DNA from: Chitinophagaceae bacterium | GTDB taxonomy: Bacteria > Bacteroidota > Bacteroidia > Chitinophagales > Chitinophagaceae | Assembly: GCA_036005825.1 (NCBI GenBank) | Contig: DASYQG010000691.1 | Location: forward strand, 1-49,677 | Direction of reading: 5' to 3' | DNA: 49,677 nt | In this document: in pieces, positions 44,124 to 49,677 of the stretch | Layout: each line of letters opens with the position of its first letter | How positions within the stretch are numbered: position 1 is the stretch's first letter | Made by a program: the position numbers and the translations under genes | The notes under the pieces: generated by a model | Database searches by the model: none | Told to the model about the DNA's origin: nothing | Seen by the model: the letters and a program-made list of their open reading frames with translations, nothing else

Positions 44124-44549
44124 TTATCGCCACATAACAATAATAGTTGCAGCCAGGATATGACCAAGCACATGATAGCCGCCATTGATCAGGTATAAAT
44201 TTGTCGGTTTATTTTCATACACATAGTTTATGCTTACTGCCGTGGTAGCAAAAGCAAAGCCGGTAAGCAATCCGAGTTTTATTCCATATAAATAATTGTC
44301 CTCAAAATTGATCATGTGAATGATTAGCGAGAGACCAAAGCAAACAATCAAAATGAGTATGAAGGTTGAAGCCATCATTTTGCCCATTCCTTTTTTCAGG
44401 TCGGGATTATTCATATCAAGTTTAATAAGTTGGGCCCATTTAGTTCCGAAAAGTGCTTTCGAATACCATAAAGCGCCAAGTATAAAATAGGCAATTGCAG
44501 CTACTAAAATTGCCCACCAGTTGAGGTGTGAAAAAATTGTAGAATTCAT
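44124..44549 (-). CDS. DUF1761-like small membrane protein
   Basis: MNSTIFSHLNWWAILVAAIAYFILGALWYSKALFGTKW plus three more hydrophobic helices. I chose the start at 44549. The upstream ORF extension would run into the neighbouring terminator. Confidence 0.6.
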   Translation of the reverse strand: MNSTIFSHLNWWAILVAAIAYFILGALWYSKALFGTKWAQLIKLDMNNPDLKKGMGKMMASTFILILIVCFGLSLIIHMINFEDNYLYGIKLGLLTGFAFATTAVSINYVYENKPTNLYLINGGYHVLGHILAATIIVMWR

Positions 44550-44623
44550 AATAGTTGATTTGGTTTGGATGTAAAAGCTATAAACAATAAACGGTTTTAC
44601 AAAAATTGCTTTTTTAAACAACA

Positions 44624-44647
44624 AAGCCCCGCCGGATGACGGGGCTT
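44624..44647 (-). terminator. hairpin terminator ending the Gfo/Idh/MocA - DUF1080 operon
   Basis: Stem aagccccg (44624-44631), loop ccggatga, stem cggggctt (44640-44647). It lies 19 nt after the DUF1080 stop. Confidence 0.65.
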
Positions 44648-44665
44648 CAAGCTCTTTGATTCTGT

Positions 44666-45418
44666 TTACAACTTTTTGATTTTAATATTTCTGAACCATA
44701 CATTACAATCGTGATCCTGCAAACATATCCTTCCTTTTTTAAAAGTACCGAACCCCGGCCATTGTTTGAATTTACTTGCTGCGATCATTTTATTCCAGTT
44801 ATCATCCCACATAGTTGTAGAAACTACATTCTCTCCATTTAAGAAAAAATCAAGTTTGCCATTCAAACTTTTTATCTCTACCTGGTTCCATTCCAAAGCA
44901 GGCTTTACTGTTTCTTTACTGCAACTGATAAGATCATAAAGATCACCGGCACGATGCTTTGGATATTTTCTATCCTCATGTCTTTCATTATCGAGTATCT
45001 GCATTTCAGGTCCTGTCCAGTATGGTTTAGGATGTGCAGCATCTTCCTGCACATAAAACATGATACCGCTATTTCCAGCTGTATCGATCTTCCACTCAAG
45101 TTTCAGATCAAAATTTTCATACTCTTCATCAGTAACTATATCTTGTCCTGTTGTATCTTTTTTTTCCGAGCCGGCAAACTTAAGAGTGCCATTTTCAACT
45201 TTCCAGGCATTACCAACAGGACCTCCGCCATAGTTATGCCAGCCAGCTATAGTAATACCGTCAAATAATAAGTGCCATCCATCTTTTTGCTCTTCAGAAG
45301 TAAGTAAAGGATTATCGTTTGTCACGGGCTCAGTTTTTGTTTCTTCTTTTTTCTCAGATGAATTATCGTTGCAGGCAATTAAAGAAATTGCTATCGCAAA
45401 AGCAAAAATCAGTCTCAT
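44666..45418 (-). CDS. DUF1080 (3-keto-disaccharide hydrolase family) lipoprotein
   Basis: Lipobox ISLIAC. GWHLLFDG..IAGWHNYG, W.VENGTL, NSGIMFYV, EMQILDN, GDLYDLI, GRICLQDH...VWFRNIKIK. Confidence 0.8.
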   Translation of the reverse strand: MRLIFAFAIAISLIACNDNSSEKKEETKTEPVTNDNPLLTSEEQKDGWHLLFDGITIAGWHNYGGGPVGNAWKVENGTLKFAGSEKKDTTGQDIVTDEEYENFDLKLEWKIDTAGNSGIMFYVQEDAAHPKPYWTGPEMQILDNERHEDRKYPKHRAGDLYDLISCSKETVKPALEWNQVEIKSLNGKLDFFLNGENVVSTTMWDDNWNKMIAASKFKQWPGFGTFKKGRICLQDHDCNVWFRNIKIKKL

Positions 45419-45423
45419 TGTAG

Positions 45424-45792
45424 TTATTTATTTTTTAATAGTAAAACAAATTTAGCCAAAGCCTCGGCATCTTCCTGCGGCATAGTTGGATGTGCCGCCA
45501 TTGGCACTTGTCCCCATACACCGGAACCACCATTTATAATTTTATGCGACAAATATTGCACAGCAGTATCTACCCCTGCATATTTATTAGCTACATCTCT
45601 CCATGCGGGACCGATATTTTTTTCTTCAATTAAATGGCATGTCCGGCAATCACTTTTTTCTACAATTTCCATTCCCTTTTTGTAAACAGGATCTTCACTA
45701 ATATCAACCACTTTAGGTTTTTCGCTGTCACCGCCACCGCCACATGCAGCGAACAAGCCCATCGTAGCAATCATAATAAATGTTTTTTTCAT
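45424..45792 (-). CDS. small c-type cytochrome lipoprotein
   Basis: Lipobox LFAAC. A single CRTCH haem-binding motif. A distal Met context (VPMAAHPTM). Size is 122 aa. Confidence 0.8.
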   Translation of the reverse strand: MKKTFIMIATMGLFAACGGGGDSEKPKVVDISEDPVYKKGMEIVEKSDCRTCHLIEEKNIGPAWRDVANKYAGVDTAVQYLSHKIINGGSGVWGQVPMAAHPTMPQEDAEALAKFVLLLKNK

Positions 45793-45828
45793 ATCGTTGA
45801 TTTTTTTTAAGGTGCGTAAAGGTATTTA

Positions 45829-46884
45829 TTATTCTAATCCTAAAACTCTTCTGTTAAATTTTTCATCGCTTGCTTGTCCTGCAAAATCATCAAATGCTTT
45901 TTCTGTAACACGAATGATATTCTTTTTGATAAAATGTGCCCCTTCCCTTGCCCCATCTTCGGGATGTTTGATACAACACTCCCACTCCATCACTGCCCAA
46001 CCACTGTAATCGTATTGGGTCAATTTGCTAAAGATAGTTTTGAAATCAACTTGTCCATCACCTAATGAACGGAAACGGCCTGCCCGATCGACCCAACCCT
46101 GGAAACCTCCATATACACCTTGTTTACCTGTGGGATTAAATTCAGCATCTTTTACATGAAACGCTTTTATACGTTCATGGTAAATATCGATGTATGATTT
46201 ATAATCCAGACATTGTAAAACAAAATGTGAAGGGTCATAAAGCAGGCAAGCTCTTTTATGGTTATTTACTTTTTCTAAAAACATTTCATACGAAATACCG
46301 TCATGCAGATCCTCTCCGGGATGAATTTCATAACAAACATCAACACCACATTCATCGAAATAATTCAATATCGGCATCCATCGATTTGCTAATTCTTTAA
46401 ATCCTGATTCAACCAAACCAGATGGTCGTTGCGGCCATGGGTAAACAGTTGGCCACAACAATGCGCCGCTAAATGTTGCGTGTGCACTTAATCCTAAATT
46501 TTGTGAAGCTTTACCTGCATATTTTAATTGTTGAACAGCCCATTCAGTTCTTGCTTTTGGTTTTCCTTTTACATTATCAGGAGCAAATCCATCAAACAAG
46601 TTATCATAAGCAGGATGTACAGCAACCAGTTGACCTTGCAAGTGTGTTGATAGCTCAGTTATTTCAACACCGCATTCATTTATCATTCCTTTTAATTCAT
46701 CTGCATAAGTTTTACTCTCTGCTGCTTTTTGCAGATCAATACAACGAGGGTCCCATGTAGGAATTTGCACGCCAACAAAACCAAGGCTCTTTGCCCATTG
46801 GCAAATTGTTTTCATATTATTGAACGGCAGCTTATCACCCATAAACTGGGCAAGAAAAATTGCAGGGCCTTTAATGGTTTTCAT
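45829..46884 (-). CDS. sugar phosphate isomerase/epimerase (xylose isomerase-like TIM barrel)
   Basis: MKTIKGPAIFLAQFMGD...FVGVQIPTWD...VCYEIHPGEDLHDG...GWAVMEWEC is typical of AP endonuclease 2 / xylose isomerase-like barrels. I chose the start at 46884 to avoid overlap with the upstream gene. Confidence 0.8.
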   Translation of the reverse strand: MKTIKGPAIFLAQFMGDKLPFNNMKTICQWAKSLGFVGVQIPTWDPRCIDLQKAAESKTYADELKGMINECGVEITELSTHLQGQLVAVHPAYDNLFDGFAPDNVKGKPKARTEWAVQQLKYAGKASQNLGLSAHATFSGALLWPTVYPWPQRPSGLVESGFKELANRWMPILNYFDECGVDVCYEIHPGEDLHDGISYEMFLEKVNNHKRACLLYDPSHFVLQCLDYKSYIDIYHERIKAFHVKDAEFNPTGKQGVYGGFQGWVDRAGRFRSLGDGQVDFKTIFSKLTQYDYSGWAVMEWECCIKHPEDGAREGAHFIKKNIIRVTEKAFDDFAGQASDEKFNRRVLGLE

Positions 46885-46922
46885 CCTGAAATATTTTTGA
46901 ATTTTTGCTTTTAAATTTTGAC

Positions 46923-48083
46923 TTACACAACAAAGTTCGTCCACTTCTTATCAGATTTTCCTGATGCAACAACATTTTCAATAAATGCCATTCCTCTTAT
47001 TCCTTCCTCCACACCTGGAAAATCAAGCCATTCATCTTTTGGTTTTTCTCCGTTTGCCTTTGCACGAACGGTCAAAGAAAAGTTTCTATACAAATTTGCA
47101 AATGCTTCGAGATATCCTTCCGGATGACCTGCAGGTGTTCTTGAATTATGCGAAGCATAAGAACTTACATAACCAGTACCTGCACGATAGATCTCTGTTG
47201 GCTTATCAAGCCATTTAACTAATAATGTGTTTGCATCTTCCTGTTTCCATTCCAATCCACCTTTTTCACCATACACTCTTATCTTAATACAATTTTCTTC
47301 CCCAGCTGCGATTTGTGTTGCCATCAATACACCGGTTGCACCATTATTGAATTTCATAAAAGTAGCTCCATCGTCATCAAGCATTCTTCCATCAACAACA
47401 ATATTCAAATTAGAACATAAATGAGTAACCTGTAAACCCGTAACATATTCTGCCATATTAAATGCATGTGTTCCTATATCTCCCATTGCGCCAGCAATAC
47501 CGCTGCGTTTAGGGTCTGTACGCCATGAAGCTTGAGCATTTCCTTCGCTTTCTTTTAATGTACTTAGCCATCCTTGCGGATATTCAACATATATCTTTCT
47601 TATTTTACCAAGCGTTCCATTTTTCAGCATCTGCTTTGCTTGCTTTATCATTGGATAACCAGTATAGGTATGAGTAAGTAGCAGGGTCAATCCAGTCTGC
47701 GCTACTTTTTCTTTTAATTGTTTTGCCTGCTCCAAAGAAAAAGTGATCGGCTTTTCGATCACAACATTAAAACCCTTATCAAGAGCCATCATTGCAGGAT
47801 CAAAATGAACAAAGTTTGGAGTAACGATGCTAACAAAATCAATTCGTTTATCTTTTGGCATTGCAGCTTCTTTTTCCAGCATCACTTTATAATCAGTATA
47901 AATGCGGGATTCATCAAGAAATAAACTTTTTCCTGAATCAACCGCGATCTCCGGATTTATACTTAATGCGCCGGCAACAAGTTCAACTTGTGCATCCATA
48001 TTAAAAGCAAAACGATGAATGGCGCCGATGAATGCATCCTTGCCACCACCGATCATTGCCATTCTGAGTTTCCTGTTTTCCAT
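46923..48083 (-). CDS. Gfo/Idh/MocA-family NAD(P)-dependent oxidoreductase
   Basis: LRMAMIGGGKDAFIGAIHR Rossmann N-terminus and EKPIT motif. No signal peptide is evident. Confidence 0.9.
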   Translation of the reverse strand: MENRKLRMAMIGGGKDAFIGAIHRFAFNMDAQVELVAGALSINPEIAVDSGKSLFLDESRIYTDYKVMLEKEAAMPKDKRIDFVSIVTPNFVHFDPAMMALDKGFNVVIEKPITFSLEQAKQLKEKVAQTGLTLLLTHTYTGYPMIKQAKQMLKNGTLGKIRKIYVEYPQGWLSTLKESEGNAQASWRTDPKRSGIAGAMGDIGTHAFNMAEYVTGLQVTHLCSNLNIVVDGRMLDDDGATFMKFNNGATGVLMATQIAAGEENCIKIRVYGEKGGLEWKQEDANTLLVKWLDKPTEIYRAGTGYVSSYASHNSRTPAGHPEGYLEAFANLYRNFSLTVRAKANGEKPKDEWLDFPGVEEGIRGMAFIENVVASGKSDKKWTNFVV

Positions 48084-48085
48084 AT

Positions 48086-48102
48086 TTCAAACAGTTGTTT
48101 GT
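48086..48102 (+). promoter_or_regulatory. second exact copy of ttcaaacagttgtttgt, in the divergent promoter region between the oxidoreductase operon and the MFS transporter
   Basis: It starts 3 nt from the oxidoreductase start codon complement (48081-48083) and ends 99 nt upstream of the MFS ATG. Confidence 0.3.
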
Positions 48103-48201
48103 GGTTTGATATAAATTAAATTCGCGAACATTGAAGGTAAATGTGTTTTTAAAAATAGTACATTTAGCCTTTCCAAAAATTTTTTCATCAAAACCAACGA
48201 T

Positions 48202-49491
48202 ATGCAAGCCGTAAACAAAAACCAACTATTTGTTGCCAGTTGTTTAGCACTCTTAGTTACCTCGCTTTCTTTTGGTATTCGTGCCGGGATACTTGGTCGA
48301 CTGGGTGTAGAATTTAATTTAGATAAAGCTGAGCTTGGCACTATCGCTGCAACAGCGTTTTGGGGATTTCCTCTGGCCGTCGTAATAGGCGGGATGGTTG
48401 TAGATATAATCGGGATGAAACGTTTGCTGGTACTGGCATTTGTATTTCACATGGCAGGAATATTATTGACAATTTTTGCTAGCAGTTTCTCCAATCCTTT
48501 TTGGGCTTTGTTCATTTCAACATTATGCATTGGCATTGCTAATGGAACTGTTGAAGCCGCCTGCAATCCATTAGTAGCATCATTATATACTAATAATAAA
48601 ACTACCAAACTGAATCATTTCCATTTATGGTTTCCGGGTGGTATCGTGATCGGAACATTATTAGTTTATTTTCTTGATAAGGCAGGTGTTGGTTGGCAAA
48701 TACAAATGGCACTAATGATCATTCCAGCAATTCTTTATGGTCTTTTGTTTATCAGGCAATCTTTTCCTGTTACTGAAAGAGTCGCCAGCGGCATTTCGAC
48801 AGGCGAAATGTACAGATCACTTGTTAATCCTTTATTTATATTCATGATCATCTGCATGTTTGGTACAGCGATAACAGAATTATTTACGGGGCAATGGATT
48901 GGATTGCTGCTTAAGAATGTAACAGAAAACGCATTATTGATCTTAACAGTAACGACAGGTGTAATGGTGGTTGGGCGAGCCTTTGCTGGTCCTGTTGTTC
49001 ATAAATTATCTCCACAAGGTGTTTTACTTTGTTCAGCAATTCTAGCAACATTAGGTCTTTACATGCTTGGTCATACTTCAGGAAACATGCTATTTGTCGG
49101 TGCACTGGTTTTTGGGGCAGGTGTATGTTATTTTTGGCCATGTATGCTTGGCTTTGTTTCAGAATATCTTCCAAAAACCGGGGCAGTAGGTATAAACCTC
49201 ATGGGTGGAGCCGGCATGTTTGCAGTGTCATTGTATACAATGGTGATGGGTGGTGTATATGATAATTTGATCTTAAAACAACTTCCTCCCGGCGCCGATC
49301 TGAAAGCATACAACGCAGATGCAGCCAGCCAACAAATGAAAGATGCATTGGCGGCAGCAAATAAAGCAGCTGGACCTGAAGTGATCAATACAACTCTTAT
49401 AATTCCAATTATACTTATTGTAGCATTTACCGGGTTGGTTTTATATATGCGTAATAAACAAAAACCTTTTTTGCAAGTTGCTATACATTGA
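48202..49491 (+). CDS. MFS transporter (probable sugar/glycoside importer)
   Basis: 429 aa with about 12 hydrophobic helices and a two-halves organisation. It is divergent from a sugar-modifying operon. Confidence 0.8.
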   Translation: MQAVNKNQLFVASCLALLVTSLSFGIRAGILGRLGVEFNLDKAELGTIAATAFWGFPLAVVIGGMVVDIIGMKRLLVLAFVFHMAGILLTIFASSFSNPFWALFISTLCIGIANGTVEAACNPLVASLYTNNKTTKLNHFHLWFPGGIVIGTLLVYFLDKAGVGWQIQMALMIIPAILYGLLFIRQSFPVTERVASGISTGEMYRSLVNPLFIFMIICMFGTAITELFTGQWIGLLLKNVTENALLILTVTTGVMVVGRAFAGPVVHKLSPQGVLLCSAILATLGLYMLGHTSGNMLFVGALVFGAGVCYFWPCMLGFVSEYLPKTGAVGINLMGGAGMFAVSLYTMVMGGVYDNLILKQLPPGADLKAYNADAASQQMKDALAAANKAAGPEVINTTLIIPIILIVAFTGLVLYMRNKQKPFLQVAIH

Positions 49492-49514
49492 TATAATTAT
49501 TTATTGAACACCAT

Positions 49515-49677
49515 ATGAAATCTACCACAGGCGTCAAGCTTTCAATAATGATGTTTCTCCAGTATTTTATCTGGGGCTCATTGTATGTAACAATGGTAAC
49601 CTACATGGGAGAGCATTTTAAAGAATCGGGAATTGATAAAAGCATAGGACAAGCCTACTCCGCACTTGCTATCGCAA
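49515..49677 (+). CDS. partial CDS: nucleoside:H+ symporter (NupG/XapB/YegT)-family MFS transporter, N-terminus
   Basis: ATG at 49515. [31 protein letters not shown] matches the characteristic N-terminal [12 protein letters not shown](S/A)W pattern of this family. It is open to the window end. Confidence 0.65.
   Translation, partial: MKSTTGVKLSIMMFLQYFIWGSLYVTMVTYMGEHFKESGIDKSIGQAYSALAIA

Noticed and set aside
1-49677. Search for mobile elements, prophage genes, toxin-antitoxin or known defence systems
   Set aside because: I recognised no transposase, integrase, phage structural, restriction-modification, Cas or abortive-infection signature in any ORF. Apart from the motifs described, no long terminal inverted or direct repeats were seen.

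Overview
This looks like a Bacteroidota chromosomal segment. That is an inference from several Por/T9SS C-terminal sorting domains, DUF1573 and DUF3857/transglutaminase proteins, a LytS-type kinase with a LytTR regulator, and AT-rich leaders. I can support about 37 protein-coding genes. I found no rRNA, tRNA, CRISPR array, transposase or integrase. Housekeeping genes (cmk, pfkA, pyk, a class I aminotransferase, a fused E1 alpha/beta dehydrogenase, an FKBP isomerase, an RlmK-like methyltransferase, prolyl oligopeptidase) alternate with secreted or surface cargo genes. The best candidate for something undescribed is at 31.4-37.7 kb. It is a tandem array of four independently terminated T9SS cargo genes in the order long-short-short-long. 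All four share one C-terminal stalk plus sorting module but carry two different head domains that I cannot place in any named family. Every copy is bracketed by a 9-13 nt inverted motif that abuts both its start and its stop codon. Every copy is also followed by a 3' flank that is better conserved than the coding sequence, with a compensatory base-pair change in the terminator stem. The same head-swapping theme appears at 0.86-8.8 kb, where two giant adhesin-like T9SS proteins share a ~1.4 kb C-terminal module behind different N-terminal arrays (Cys repeats versus LRRs). Other points: an active/degenerate transglutaminase-like gene pair; a Gfo/Idh/MocA - TIM barrel - cytochrome c - DUF1080 operon divergent from two transporters; a 17-nt motif shared by two carbohydrate-gene promoters; and a K+ channel with a non-canonical filter. 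All functional calls come from motif recognition by eye. No database search was run.
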